The notes: generated from the sequence alone by a model not told the origin. A DNA stretch of 64,000 bases from Candidatus Moraniibacteriota bacterium (GCA_013336285.1 JAAXTX010000004.1:624-64623), one strand, 5' to 3'; positions 37,207 through 47,824 are shown, counted from the first letter of the stretch. Program-made: numbers and translations.

Positions 37207-38883
37207 TCAGGTCAGCAATACTATCGTAGCGATAAGGCCATATACCGTTATGATGAGCATATTCCAAGCCGGAAGGGCGCGGAAAGTTTCCCGTTTGTTC
37301 TGTTTCCTGCCGGCACGTGCCACGGAAAGGAAGGAAAGCGTTCCAAACAGGATGGAAGGGATCGCGAGTTTCGGTTCGTGGAGAACGATGGGGCTCGCGA
37401 CATAGCAGAGGAATAGCGCGGTGCCGATGACGGCCCGAGCCTTTTCGGTTCCGAGAATGACGGGAACGGTGAAGACTCCGTCCTTCCGATCCCCCTCGAT
37501 ATCCTTGAAGTCTTTCAGGGGAATCGTTACCGCATAGGCTATCGCGAGAAAGGCGAGGATGGTGGCGGGGACGGGTGATATGTCCGAGGATTGGGAAACG
37601 GCTGAGAATCCGGCGAGAATCACCGACATACCTGCTGCCGCGGAAAGTACGGTGGCGATGATCGGAAAACGTTTGAGCCGGAACGGCGGGGAAGAATATA
37701 GGAACGCGATCGCCTGATATGTGAGAATGAGGAGCATCGCCTTCATGCTTACGATACCGGCGAACAGGATTGAAGCCGCGAAGAATAGGATGCCGATTTC
37801 GCGATATAAAGTGGCGGAAATCGTCCGAGCTGGAAGCGGGCGATCCCGATTGGTTTTCTCATCTATACGTCGATCGGCGATGTCATTGAATACGACCGAG
37901 GCGAGCCAGGCGCTTTCCACCGCTCCGGCGAGAAGTAATACGCCAAGGGTCTCGAAAAAATCAAACCTTAGCCTTGCTCCGGCATATAGGGCGGCCAGTC
38001 CGCCGCCGAGGAGCAGAAGGCCGCCATGCCAGAAAATCTGTGGCCATCGTACGTTCCGGATAAGGGCAAGGAATGTTTTTTTTGAGACTCTATACAGGAA
38101 GACGCCGACTGTCACGGAGACGAGAAGCGCATAGATGATGCTCATCCGGATGCCGAGTGCGGTACGGGGGTCTGCCATTTCATGTCCGAGAAAACTTTTT
38201 GGAGAAAGAGTAAATCCTGCGACATTGAGCTCGGTGACGCCGAGAATCCCCTGGCTAGGGGCGAGCGCCACGATGGCGACATAGGAAGGGAACGTGCCGA
38301 GAATGAAAAAAACGGCATAGGAAAGAAGGGAAACGCCGAGGGCCTTTGTCGCTTTGCGTGAGCGAAACCATGCGTACAATCCGAGACCGACCGACATTAT
38401 GGCGACTTCGGCGCGGGCACCGTACGTCATGCCGATATCCGGCGTATCGCCGAAGAAATGAAAGAAACGGGATATGAGGCCGTATAACCCGTCGAGTTCG
38501 TAAAAACTCCAAAACATCCGGTCGCCGAAGATGATCTTATCGACGATCGGCGGGGTCAAGACGACGAGGAATCCGAAGAGGATAAGATTGACCGCACGCT
38601 GCCATGACGTGGCTCCGGCAATTCTGGCAATCGGGAGAAAGAGAAGGAAGGCAAACAGAAAAAAAAGAAACGTATGTGAAAAACCGAAAAAAAGGAACGC
38701 GAGTCCCTCCGTTCTGAATCCGCTTACGCCGCTCTCGACCAGGAGGCGGATGACTATGAGTGCGGTGAAAGACAACGAAAACGAGCCAAGTGAGAACGGG
38801 GCGGATTCGATAGTCTCGACCGCGTCGGACATTATCCGCCTTATGTTGCGAAAGAGCGAGGTCACGGCCGATATCTTTTTCAT
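37207..38883 (-). CDS. Large polytopic membrane protein with C-terminal UbiA-family prenyltransferase domain
   Basis: C-terminal half has NDIADRRIDEKTNRDRPLP (NDxxDxxxD). The N-terminal ~280 aa is an unrelated multi-TM domain. Confidence 0.5.
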   Translation of the reverse strand: MKKISAVTSLFRNIRRIMSDAVETIESAPFSLGSFSLSFTALIVIRLLVESGVSGFRTEGLAFLFFGFSHTFLFFLFAFLLFLPIARIAGATSWQRAVNLILFGFLVVLTPPIVDKIIFGDRMFWSFYELDGLYGLISRFFHFFGDTPDIGMTYGARAEVAIMSVGLGLYAWFRSRKATKALGVSLLSYAVFFILGTFPSYVAIVALAPSQGILGVTELNVAGFTLSPKSFLGHEMADPRTALGIRMSIIYALLVSVTVGVFLYRVSKKTFLALIRNVRWPQIFWHGGLLLLGGGLAALYAGARLRFDFFETLGVLLLAGAVESAWLASVVFNDIADRRIDEKTNRDRPLPARTISATLYREIGILFFAASILFAGIVSMKAMLLILTYQAIAFLYSSPPFRLKRFPIIATVLSAAAGMSVILAGFSAVSQSSDISPVPATILAFLAIAYAVTIPLKDFKDIEGDRKDGVFTVPVILGTEKARAVIGTALFLCYVASPIVLHEPKLAIPSILFGTLSFLSVARAGRKQNKRETFRALPAWNMLIITVYGLIATIVLLT

Positions 38884-39072
38884 ATTGGTATGCTATAGGT
38901 TGCAATACCATTATAGACCAATTTTTCGCTATTGAAGAGCCTTTTTGTCTCCGTATACTCTCGGGGGATAGATCATGCGGCATGATTGGAAAAACTGCCT
39001 ACCGGATATATACTGAAAAAAGAGGGTCAAATTAAGATCGTGGTGGCCTGGTTGGCATACTAACGCATTAGA

Positions 39073-39705
39073 TTGGAATATATGTCTTTTCTTCTTCCGA
39101 AAGGATCCGATTTTTTTCGACTGTTCGGGCAGTTACAAGGGGATGTCGAACGGATGAGCGCTCTTTTTTCGGATTTCGTGAAAGAGTTCGACGATTTCGA
39201 CGGATATGTCGAAAAAGCCCACGAAATCGAGATGAGTGCCGACAAGACGGCGCATCAGATCGTCGGAGAACTGAACCGATCGTTTATTACTCCGTTCGAC
39301 CGTGAGGACATCCATCATCTCGCGTATGAGATGGACGAGATCGTCGATCTCATCGAAGACATAGTGCGGAATGTCCAATTATACCACTTCGAGGCGAGAG
39401 TGGAGTCGATGCGTGAGTTCGCTGATTGCTTCGTGAAGGCAACGGGTCATTTGGGAAAAATGACGGAACAATTGAAGCATCTGAAGCACACGCCGGAATT
39501 CCTGAAGGAGAAGATCGCGATCCACGAGATAGAGGATCGCGCCGATCTGTTGTTCGAGAACGCTATCGACAAATTGTTCAGTGAAGGGGGTGATCCCATA
39601 TTGGTGATAAAGACCAAGGACATCCTCGAGGAGATGGAAAACGTCGTCGACAAGTATCAACATGTCGGAAATATGATTGAAAGCATCGTCATCAAGATGT
39701 GCTAG
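39073..39705 (+). CDS. DUF47-family (PhoU-like) protein, partner of the PiT transporter
   Basis: All-helical and acidic. Classic DUF47-PiT gene pair with a 7-nt overlap. Confidence 0.6.
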   Translation: MEYMSFLLPKGSDFFRLFGQLQGDVERMSALFSDFVKEFDDFDGYVEKAHEIEMSADKTAHQIVGELNRSFITPFDREDIHHLAYEMDEIVDLIEDIVRNVQLYHFEARVESMREFADCFVKATGHLGKMTEQLKHLKHTPEFLKEKIAIHEIEDRADLLFENAIDKLFSEGGDPILVIKTKDILEEMENVVDKYQHVGNMIESIVIKMC

Positions 39706-40763
39706 TTTCGACGACGACCCACTCGGAAACGCAGGACAGTGTTTTTCAACAGGCTTTAAATATGGATACGCAGCTTCTTTTTGTCATTTTGATAATCGTC
39801 ACGGCTCTCCTGTTCGATTTCACGAACGGCGCCCATGATGCGGCTAATTCCGTCGCAACGATCGTTTCGACCAAAGTACTTTCCTTGGGTCAGGCGCTCG
39901 TATTCGCCGCCTTTTTCAATTTCATCGCGTTCGTCGTATTCGGGAACGAGGTAGCCAAGACGGTCGGAAGCGGTTTGGTGGATGTGAACCGCGTGACACC
40001 GGAGGTCATCTTCGCGGGACTTCTGGGGGCGATCGTCTGGAACCTGTTGACGCTCTATCTCGCGTTGCCGACGAGTTCTTCACACGCACTTATCGGCGGG
40101 TATGCCGGTGCGGCCGTAGCCAGGGTCGGTTTCGGGGTCATTATCACTGCCGGCTGGATAAAGACAGTCATCTTCATCTTCATCGCGCCTTTGTTGGGGT
40201 TCGCGCTCTCATACGTATTTCTTATCCTCATTTCCTGGGTCATATACCTGATGAAGTTCAAGCCCGGGTCGGTCACCTCCTGGTCAAGGCATGCCCAGCT
40301 CATATCTGCCGGATTGTACAGTCTGGGTCATGGGAGCAATGACGCGCAGAAGACCATCGGTATCATTACGGGGCTCCTGTTCTCGGTCGGATACATCAAG
40401 ACATTTTCCATCCCGTTCTGGGTCGTTATGGCCGCCCATACCGCTATGGCCCTGGGTACGCTCTACGGTGGGAAACGGATTATCAAGACGATGGGTCAGA
40501 AAATATTCAAGCTCCGTCCCCTCGACGGGGTCTGTGCCGAAACCGCAAGCGCAATCAGTATCTTTCTGGCGACTTCCATGGGAGTTCCCGTAAGCACCAC
40601 GCATGTGATAACGGGGGCTATTTCCGGAGTCGGTGCCGCGCAGAGGTTCGCATCCGTAAAGTGGGGTGTGGCGTTGCGTATCATTTGGGCATGGTTTTTT
40701 ACGATTCCGGCTGCGGCAATCATAGCTTTTGTCCTTTTTTCGGTCGGATCGAGGTTGTTCTGA
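39699..40763 (+). CDS. Inorganic phosphate transporter, PiT family
   Basis: NGAHDAANSVATIVST signature, repeated in the C-terminal half (GSNDAQKTIG). Confidence 0.8.
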   Translation: MLVSTTTHSETQDSVFQQALNMDTQLLFVILIIVTALLFDFTNGAHDAANSVATIVSTKVLSLGQALVFAAFFNFIAFVVFGNEVAKTVGSGLVDVNRVTPEVIFAGLLGAIVWNLLTLYLALPTSSSHALIGGYAGAAVARVGFGVIITAGWIKTVIFIFIAPLLGFALSYVFLILISWVIYLMKFKPGSVTSWSRHAQLISAGLYSLGHGSNDAQKTIGIITGLLFSVGYIKTFSIPFWVVMAAHTAMALGTLYGGKRIIKTMGQKIFKLRPLDGVCAETASAISIFLATSMGVPVSTTHVITGAISGVGAAQRFASVKWGVALRIIWAWFFTIPAAAIIAFVLFSVGSRLF

Positions 40764-40849
40764 TCCGGATTCGGGATCTTTCCCCGTTTGCCCCGCGGCG
40801 ATTCCCTGATATACTGTAGGTGTGGAATAAATCCGAATAACCGAACCTT

Positions 40850-41395
40850 ATGTTAATAGCATTGATAGTGATCGTCGTGATCGGACTTTGGTCTGTGCTC
40901 GTCTATAATCGGCTCGTCACGGTCAAGAACCGCACCGACGAGTCATGGAGCGATATAGATGTGCAACTCAAACGCCGGTATGACCTCATACCGAATCTAG
41001 TAAGTACGGTAAAGGGGTATGCGGCGCACGAGAGCGGCGTTTTCGAAAAGGTTACCGAGGCTCGGACGCGTGCGATGTCGGCAGGGGGCACTCAGGACAA
41101 GATAGAAGCGGAGAACGCGTTGACCGGCACGCTCAAGAGCCTGTTCGCTGTTGCCGAGAATTATCCGGATCTCAAGGCGAACCAGAACTTTCTTGAACTT
41201 CAACGCGAATTGTCCGATACGGAGAACAAGATCCAGTCCGCTCGACGTTTTTACAATGCGAATGTTCGCGACTTCAATACCCAGATCGAGGTGTTTCCGA
41301 CCAACATCGTCGCTCCGATGCTCGGATTTTCGAAGCGTGAATTCTTCGAACTCGAGGACGAGGCAGCGAAAAAACCGGTCGAAGTGTCGTTCTAA
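40850..41395 (+). CDS. LemA-family protein
   Basis: N-terminal TM, then YNRLVTVKNRTDESWSDIDVQLKRRYDLIPNLV. Confidence 0.75.
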   Translation: MLIALIVIVVIGLWSVLVYNRLVTVKNRTDESWSDIDVQLKRRYDLIPNLVSTVKGYAAHESGVFEKVTEARTRAMSAGGTQDKIEAENALTGTLKSLFAVAENYPDLKANQNFLELQRELSDTENKIQSARRFYNANVRDFNTQIEVFPTNIVAPMLGFSKREFFELEDEAAKKPVEVSF

Positions 41396-41492
41396 ACTGG
41401 ACCGTCGCTGGAAAACCCGTTCATTTTCGGGTATAAAGGAGAGGCGTGATATCGCCTCTCCTTTTACGTAAGGACACACAAGTCAATATAAT

Positions 41493-42386
41493 ATGCCTTC
41501 AATCTATACCAGTTACGACCGGAACAGTCGGCTTACGTGGGTGTACATGACGACCTTTCTCGTACTCGTCATCGCGGTCGGGTACGTATTCGCATCCGCA
41601 CTCGATTCGCCCGGAATTTTGCCTTTCGCAGTCGTTTTTTCCGTTCTCATGAGCTTTGCGTCATATTGGTGGAGCGACAAGATAGTGTTATCGATGAGCG
41701 GTGCACGGCCGATCGGACCAGAAGACAACCGTGAGCTGTTTCGCATAGTGGAGAACCTTTCCATAACGGCAGGGCTTCCCATGCCGCGGATTTACGTCAT
41801 AGAGGATACGGCCATGAATGCCTTTGCGACCGGCCGAGATCCCGAACACGGGGTCATCTGTTTCACGACCGGACTCCTGAGTAGGCTCGACAAGACCGAG
41901 ATCGAAGGGGTAGCGGCACATGAACTTTCCCATATCGGAAACCGTGACACGCTTATCTCAACGATCGTGGTCGTTCTGGTCGGTTTCATCGCGCTCTTGG
42001 CCGATTGGTTTCGGAATACCCTCTGGTTCGGCCGTCGTCGCGGCGATGACAGTGAAGGAGGCCAGCTTCAGATGATATTCTTTTTGCTCGCGATAGTACT
42101 CTCCATTCTCGCACCGATCGCGGCTACGCTTATGCAGCTTGCCATCTCGCGAAAACGAGAATTCGTCGCGGACGCGTCCGGCGTACTCCTGACCAGGTAT
42201 CCAGAAGGCCTTGCTTCGGCGCTACGAAAAATTTCATCCGACATCGAACCGCTGGAGGCGGCGAACCGCGCCACGGCACATCTGTATATCGCCAATCCCT
42301 TCAAGGGGGGGAGGGGAGCAAAACTGTTTATGACCCATCCACCCATCGAGGAACGTATCGCGGCGCTTCTCCCGAACGGTCATTGA
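41493..42386 (+). CDS. htpX: M48 zinc metalloprotease
   Basis: HELSHIGNRD (HExxH), four TM segments. Adjacent to LemA as commonly seen. Confidence 0.8.
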   Translation: MPSIYTSYDRNSRLTWVYMTTFLVLVIAVGYVFASALDSPGILPFAVVFSVLMSFASYWWSDKIVLSMSGARPIGPEDNRELFRIVENLSITAGLPMPRIYVIEDTAMNAFATGRDPEHGVICFTTGLLSRLDKTEIEGVAAHELSHIGNRDTLISTIVVVLVGFIALLADWFRNTLWFGRRRGDDSEGGQLQMIFFLLAIVLSILAPIAATLMQLAISRKREFVADASGVLLTRYPEGLASALRKISSDIEPLEAANRATAHLYIANPFKGGRGAKLFMTHPPIEERIAALLPNGH

Positions 42387-42859
42387 CCATCGTTCCGATC
42401 GATATAGATATGCCGAACTACCAGGAATTCCTCAGGATGGCGCGGGAACGACGGGCGAAGGGTGGCGTCAAAACGGGAGACGTCGTTTTTACCCGTCATG
42501 CGGAGTTCAAGATGAAACAGTACGGACTCTCGACGCAGCGGGTCCGGACGGTCATTCGAAATCCGAAACGTCGTGAGGAAGGAGTCGCGAAGGATACCAT
42601 CGCCGTGATGCAACCCGGATCGGTGAGGCGGAAGGAAGGGAAAGAAACATGGAATCAGGAGATCTGGGTGATGTTTCAGACGGTCAAGAGAAGGCGTGTA
42701 ACGGTCAAAAGCCGCGGTCCGGAAATATCGGCTTCCGGCAATATCAGGGTCATAAGCGCATGGAGGTATCCGGGAATAAGTCCGCAAGGAAACCCTATCC
42801 CGGAGGAAATTTTGCGAGAAATCGAGGAAGGGAGTATTCTGGAGATGGATATAATCTGA
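42383..42859 (+). CDS. Hypothetical protein
   Basis: 158-aa ORF overlapping the htpX stop by 4 nt. No recognised motifs. Confidence 0.4.
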   Translation: MTIVPIDIDMPNYQEFLRMARERRAKGGVKTGDVVFTRHAEFKMKQYGLSTQRVRTVIRNPKRREEGVAKDTIAVMQPGSVRRKEGKETWNQEIWVMFQTVKRRRVTVKSRGPEISASGNIRVISAWRYPGISPQGNPIPEEILREIEEGSILEMDII

Positions 42860-42872
42860 TAAACATACGTAT

Positions 42873-43256
42873 ATGTCGGAAGAAATCAAGCAGACGGAGA
42901 CAACGGAGGCTCCGAAGGCGGCTCCGGTGGCACCCAAGGCGGACTCGTCGGATGTCGAGCAGAACAAGGTCATGGCGATCGTGGGATATATCGTGCCGAT
43001 TCTTTTCTTCGTTCCGATGTTGGCCGAGAAGAAGAGTCCGTTCGGTATGTACCATGCCAAGCAGCAGTTGAACCTGCTTCTCGCGGGTATCGCGGTCAAC
43101 GTAGTCGGGACGATCATTCCGATACTCGGATGGTTCATCATTTTGCCGCTCGGTTCGATCGCCCTCATCGTCCTTATGATCATGGGTGTCATCAACGCGT
43201 CGAAGGGCGAGTTGAAGCAGCTTCCTGTCATCGGAGGAATTCAGATCATCAAGTAG
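42873..43256 (+). CDS. DUF4870-like small membrane protein
   Basis: KVMAIVGYIVPILFFVPMLAEKKSPFGMYHAKQQLNLLL resembles DUF4870. Confidence 0.45.
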   Translation: MSEEIKQTETTEAPKAAPVAPKADSSDVEQNKVMAIVGYIVPILFFVPMLAEKKSPFGMYHAKQQLNLLLAGIAVNVVGTIIPILGWFIILPLGSIALIVLMIMGVINASKGELKQLPVIGGIQIIK

Positions 43257-43645
43257 CGTTTCGAATATTTCGGTAAGTAAGCCGCCCCGGTCTTCCGGGG
43301 CGGCTTTACGCTTCCCGTAGTCCGTACGGATCAAGGCCGCGTGCTTTTACGAAGCACCGTCCTGCCTAAGTGATATGAAGGTACGGAACGCGGATCATGG
43401 TAATCAGGGTAGACTTGCATGATACTCGGATACGTACCGACAAGGGTATCAAAGTCTGGTTCCTTGTACCGACGACGACGGGCAGGATATGTTCCCCAGT
43501 TTCGGTTCGTCGATTGTCCCTTTACAGATATAGAACCACGTGGTAGTCTCCGGCTTCGAGAAATTATGTATCTTCACAATCCGGTGTATCGGTGGGCGGA
43601 AGGAAACGAACGTCGCCATACATCTACAATTAAAAAAGGGAAACC

Positions 43646-44134
43646 ATGAACGATCAGAATCAGAAGGCGACCGAGGATATGACGGATGGAACCGTCCCGC
43701 TTACGGACGGACACGCGGTCCATGTACCGCATCCGCGGATCGAGGAACGGAAAATGTCCGGTCCTCATCTTACCACTGACGAGCACGTCGGTTTCAACGG
43801 CCGATTGGCGGTAATCATTACGAACATAGTGAGTACGATGTGGTGCGCGTACGTCTTCGCCGCACTCGCGCTCATCAGTCTGCCGACGGCAATACACGGA
43901 GGTACGGCCACGCTTGTCTCATGGATAGCGCAGACGTTCCTTCAATTGGTTCTGCTGTCCGTGATCATGGTCGGGCAGAAAGTATCGGCGGCGGCATCCG
44001 ACAAGCAGGCGAGACAGACGTTTCGGGATACCGAGGCAATTCTCGACATGCAGGACGATATGCGTCGTTTGATCGAGGTCAATAACGAATTGACCGAGGA
44101 AATTCATCGCATGGTCGTGAAAAGAGAGAAGTGA
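43646..44134 (+). CDS. DUF1003-like membrane protein
   Basis: Two TM helices followed by a coiled C-terminal region. Pattern is reminiscent of DUF1003. Confidence 0.4.
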   Translation: MNDQNQKATEDMTDGTVPLTDGHAVHVPHPRIEERKMSGPHLTTDEHVGFNGRLAVIITNIVSTMWCAYVFAALALISLPTAIHGGTATLVSWIAQTFLQLVLLSVIMVGQKVSAAASDKQARQTFRDTEAILDMQDDMRRLIEVNNELTEEIHRMVVKREK

Positions 44135-44604
44135 TGCCGCGGATTCAAGCGGGACCACCGCGACCGATCGCAAGGCGACATGTATTCGCGTGGAAAATAT
44201 TTCCTTGAAGGGAACAGGATGAGATAGAAAATCGGAATATTTCATGAATGAAAAGAAAACGCGCCGTATAAGACGGACCATGATGCGTACTGAAACGTCC
44301 GACGAGATCCGCTGTCGCCATCAAGGCCGGCGGATTTTTATTCTCGAAATATCGCCGCAAATCAAGCGGCACATGCATGATTCGAATCAAGGTCGGAATC
44401 GGCGATATGCGGACGGATCCTCCGATATAAGATCGTTGCCTATCGGATTTGTCATCACGGACATACGGAAGTCGGTTCGACGGCGGAACGATACCGCGCA
44501 TATTCCGGGGCATGGTTCGTAGCGTTTTCATCTTTTTTACAAGCGGCGCTATAATGAAGTCGGGAATCATACGGGAACATGAAAATGATCATAATATCAA
44601 CTCT

Positions 44605-46035
44605 ATGAAAAACACGAAAATCGTGGCGACCATCGGCCCCTCTTCCGAATCCAAGGAGAAACTTCGTGCGCTTGCCGTGGCGGGAATGGATGTCGTCCGG
44701 CTCAACTTCTCGCACAATGAGCATGCCTGGCACCGCGACGTGATCAACCGTGTCCGCGAGGTGTCGGAAGAGCTCGGTCAGCCGATCGGGATACTTGCCG
44801 ATATGCAAGGACCCCGCATCCGTATCGGGAACGACACCGAGATTTCCATAACGCAAGGCGAGACGGTCCGCGTGAGCGACATATCCCGAAAGGAGACGCT
44901 CACAGTGTCGGAGATGCAGACGATCTTCCTCGATATAGCGGGAATCTCCGATCCGCTCGAAGCCGGACATCAGATACTGATCGAGGACGGTACGAAACGG
45001 CTTTCCGTCACCGGTCGCGAGGAAGGCGCCGCGATCGCGAAGGTCGAAACCGCCGGTGTCATCAAGCCGCGAAAAGGCGTGAATCTTCCGGATTCCGTTC
45101 TGGATCTCCCGATCCTTTCCGATAAGGATAGGAAGGACCTCGCCTTCGTCCTCAAGGAAGGAGTCGATTTCGTGGGGCTTTCCTTCGTGGGTTCCGCGGC
45201 GGATATCGAAAGCGCACGGGAAGCGATGCGGGCCGAACTTCCTGAAGGCGCAAGATTGCCGGATATCATCTCGAAGATCGAGCGAAAGGAGGCTATCAGG
45301 AATCTCGATGAGATAATCAGGGTGACGGACGCGGTCATGGTCGCCCGCGGGGATCTCGGTATCGAAATGCCGGAATCCGAAGTCACGCTACTGCAGAAGG
45401 ATATCATCCGAAGAAGCCTGTTGGGACTTCGTCCGGTCATCGTAGCTACCCAGATGATGAAGACGATGACCGATACCCCGGTACCGACCAGGGCGGAAGT
45501 GAGCGACGTGACGAACGCGGTCGTGGACCACGCCGACGCCGTGATGCTTTCCGAGGAGTCCGCTATGGGTAAGTTTCCGGTGGAAACCGTCTCGATGATG
45601 CAGGAAATCATGTCAAAAACGGAGGAGTCGCCTTTCGACGACGTATACGATGCGCTCGACCTCTATGTCCATTCCGAGTACGCCGCGCTCATACGGAGCG
45701 TGTACGAGCTTGCCAAGAGCTTCAAGACCAAGGCTATCCTGTTGCTCTCGATGAGCGGCTATACCGCGAGACTCGCCTCCCATTTCCGGCCTGCCACGGG
45801 CATATTTACCGCAACGAACGATCGAAGGACGTACAACCAGCTCGCTTTGGTCTGGGGGGTCAGACCGTATCTTTTCGAGGGGGACAAGAATCTTGATTCC
45901 TATATCGACAAGATGGTGGATCAGGCGAAGGAGAGCGGCGAACTTCTCACCGGGGACCAGACGGTCGTCTTTCTCGGCCGCGTTCCCGGGGAGCGCGATA
46001 TGATGCGTCTTGTCGGAATCCGGGAAATACGGTAG
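44605..46035 (+). CDS. pyk: Pyruvate kinase
   Basis: MKNTKIVATIGPSSESKEKLRALAVAGMDVVRLNFSHNEHAWH. Start at the internal ATG 44605; the upstream 52 codons of the track ORF have no PK homology. Confidence 0.85.
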   Translation: MKNTKIVATIGPSSESKEKLRALAVAGMDVVRLNFSHNEHAWHRDVINRVREVSEELGQPIGILADMQGPRIRIGNDTEISITQGETVRVSDISRKETLTVSEMQTIFLDIAGISDPLEAGHQILIEDGTKRLSVTGREEGAAIAKVETAGVIKPRKGVNLPDSVLDLPILSDKDRKDLAFVLKEGVDFVGLSFVGSAADIESAREAMRAELPEGARLPDIISKIERKEAIRNLDEIIRVTDAVMVARGDLGIEMPESEVTLLQKDIIRRSLLGLRPVIVATQMMKTMTDTPVPTRAEVSDVTNAVVDHADAVMLSEESAMGKFPVETVSMMQEIMSKTEESPFDDVYDALDLYVHSEYAALIRSVYELAKSFKTKAILLLSMSGYTARLASHFRPATGIFTATNDRRTYNQLALVWGVRPYLFEGDKNLDSYIDKMVDQAKESGELLTGDQTVVFLGRVPGERDMMRLVGIREIR

Positions 46036-46186
46036 GCTTTATTCCTGGGGAGCGTGAAGCTTCGCAGAGCTTCAAAAAGCTGCGAAAGTTCCTTTTAGCT
46101 TCTAGAACAGGAGAAGGGAAGGCTTTGAAATTGGAAATGCCCCCGTTTCCTGTTTATTGTTCATTGTTCGCTGATATCTGATATTT

Positions 46187-46300
46187 GGAGAGGTGGCCGA
46201 GTGGTTGAAGGCGCGCGCTTGGAAAGCGCGTTAGGGGCAACTCTACGCAGGTTCGCCCGGGCATTCGCCGGGCGCCCCGCGTATGCGGGGCGAATCCTCC
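46187..46300 (+). pseudogene. Partial duplicate of tRNA-Ser (5' 69 nt identical) with a 36-nt GC-rich double-hairpin insertion in the T-loop and no 3' acceptor strand
   Basis: 46187-46255 is identical to 46342-46410. CCCGGGCATTCGCCGGGCGCCCCGCGTATGCGGGGC is inserted between GGTTCG and AATCC. The downstream sequence does not complete the cloverleaf. Confidence 0.5.
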
Positions 46301-46341
46301 GATATGTTTTCAAAATAGAAGATGATATAGTTGGCAATTAC

Positions 46342-46426
46342 GGAGAGGTGGCCGAGTGGTTGAAGGCGCGCGCTTGGAAAGCGCGTTAGGGGCAACTCTA
46401 CGCAGGTTCGAATCCTGTCCTCTCCG
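46342..46426 (+). tRNA. tRNA-Ser (anticodon GGA), type II, no encoded CCA
   Basis: GGAGAGG acceptor pairs perfectly with CCTCTCC. Anticodon loop UUGGAAA. Long variable arm. T-arm GCAGGTTCGAATCCTGT. Confidence 0.8.
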
Positions 46427-46466
46427 CAGCTCGCTTGTTTTATCGAGTAACCCGAACGCTTTTATA

Positions 46467-47141
46467 ATGCTCAAAATCAAACCACGTCTTAGTGGTTTGA
46501 TTTTTGTGACTATTATGACTAATCCCCAAGACTGGAGAATTGAAGATCATTTTACAGGGATAGAAATTTCTCAGATATTGCCTATTTCTGAGAGATTTAA
46601 TTCAATGCTCGCGAGAGTGAAGAATCGAGAATCACTTGTTTCGAGTATGGAGAATATTTTTGGCATTGTATTTATGGCTCGAGAACTTGAGTGCCATTTT
46701 GAAATTTTTCAACGTCTTCATTCTTCAATTACTCCTTGTAGCTTTAGTCCAATAAGGTCTTCAGAAGAACAAAAAACTATTGAAAAAATGAGGTTTGAAG
46801 CTTTTGCTTACATAAACACTTTAGGGAGATTATATTACTGGATTTCTAAAAGGGGATTGAGCAATGCGCCAAAGATTATTGAAATAGTAGAAGCGTTTAG
46901 GCACAAATACACGGCTCATAGAAGTTCTGATAAGACCAAAAACGAGACAGATTATGAAAAGGAAGTCCATCACTATGTGATTCTTGGAAACCTTTTTAGG
47001 GATAATCAACTAGTGCTACAGATTCAGAAAACACAGGGCAGTATAGTGGAATTTAACCTTACTAAAGACCATGATGTTATCATGAATGAGTTTATAGAGG
47101 TATTTTCAAAATTTTTAGAAGATTTGAAAAGCCCGACCTGA
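46467..47141 (+). CDS. Low-GC hypothetical protein with an Rx5H (HEPN-like) motif; candidate acquired defence or Abi-type gene
   Basis: GC visibly lower than flanks and immediately 3' of tRNA-Ser. The RHKYTAH segment fits the HEPN Rx4-6H pattern. Confidence 0.4.
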   Translation: MLKIKPRLSGLIFVTIMTNPQDWRIEDHFTGIEISQILPISERFNSMLARVKNRESLVSSMENIFGIVFMARELECHFEIFQRLHSSITPCSFSPIRSSEEQKTIEKMRFEAFAYINTLGRLYYWISKRGLSNAPKIIEIVEAFRHKYTAHRSSDKTKNETDYEKEVHHYVILGNLFRDNQLVLQIQKTQGSIVEFNLTKDHDVIMNEFIEVFSKFLEDLKSPT

Positions 47142-47260
47142 ACACTCTAATTTACTATATTCTAAGTATCCTCAAAGAACCCCTCAACATCCCCACACTT
47201 CAAGATTCCAGACCGAGATAGCTCGCAGCGGAAAACGAAAGAGTCCCTGAGGGGATTTTT

Positions 47261-47692
47261 TTGTTCATATTCAAACCGATGTATACTAGAATACATAATC
47301 CGCGGCAAAATCCTATGCAAAACGATGCCAAGAAAATATTCCTGAATACGGTCGGTTGGGGATTCGTGCTCTGGCTCGTCGGCTATGTGCTGGGTATCGT
47401 TTTCTTCGCCCTTGTACCGAAAGACCAGATCGGATACTTCGTTATGCCGCTCGGTGTGGCGTTTACTTTATGGGTGCTGTGGAAGAAGATAGAGCGGGAG
47501 GAACTCATGTGCTATTTCGGACTGGGCATTATCTGGACTGTCATGGCGATCGTTTTGGACTATCTTTTCAATGTGAAATTGTTTCACCTGACCGATTACT
47601 ACAAGCAGGATGTGTATCTGTACTACGTCCTAACCTTTATCTTGCCAGTTGCCTTCGGGTGGTATAGGTTCAAGGTGAAGAAAGGGAAGTAG
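47261..47692 (+). CDS. Small integral membrane protein (four TM helices)
   Basis: 143-aa ORF with hydrophobic helices. No family recognised. Confidence 0.45.
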   Translation: MFIFKPMYTRIHNPRQNPMQNDAKKIFLNTVGWGFVLWLVGYVLGIVFFALVPKDQIGYFVMPLGVAFTLWVLWKKIEREELMCYFGLGIIWTVMAIVLDYLFNVKLFHLTDYYKQDVYLYYVLTFILPVAFGWYRFKVKKGK

Positions 47693-47824
47693 GGGAGATT
47701 ATATGGTACTCGTCATTGGTCATCCCGGGCTAGACCCGGGATCCAGAGCATAGATTCCGGCTCAAAGTCTGGAATGACAGGAAAAAAGAATTTCAACAGG
47801 TTTAAACCATTCATTTGTACGAAT

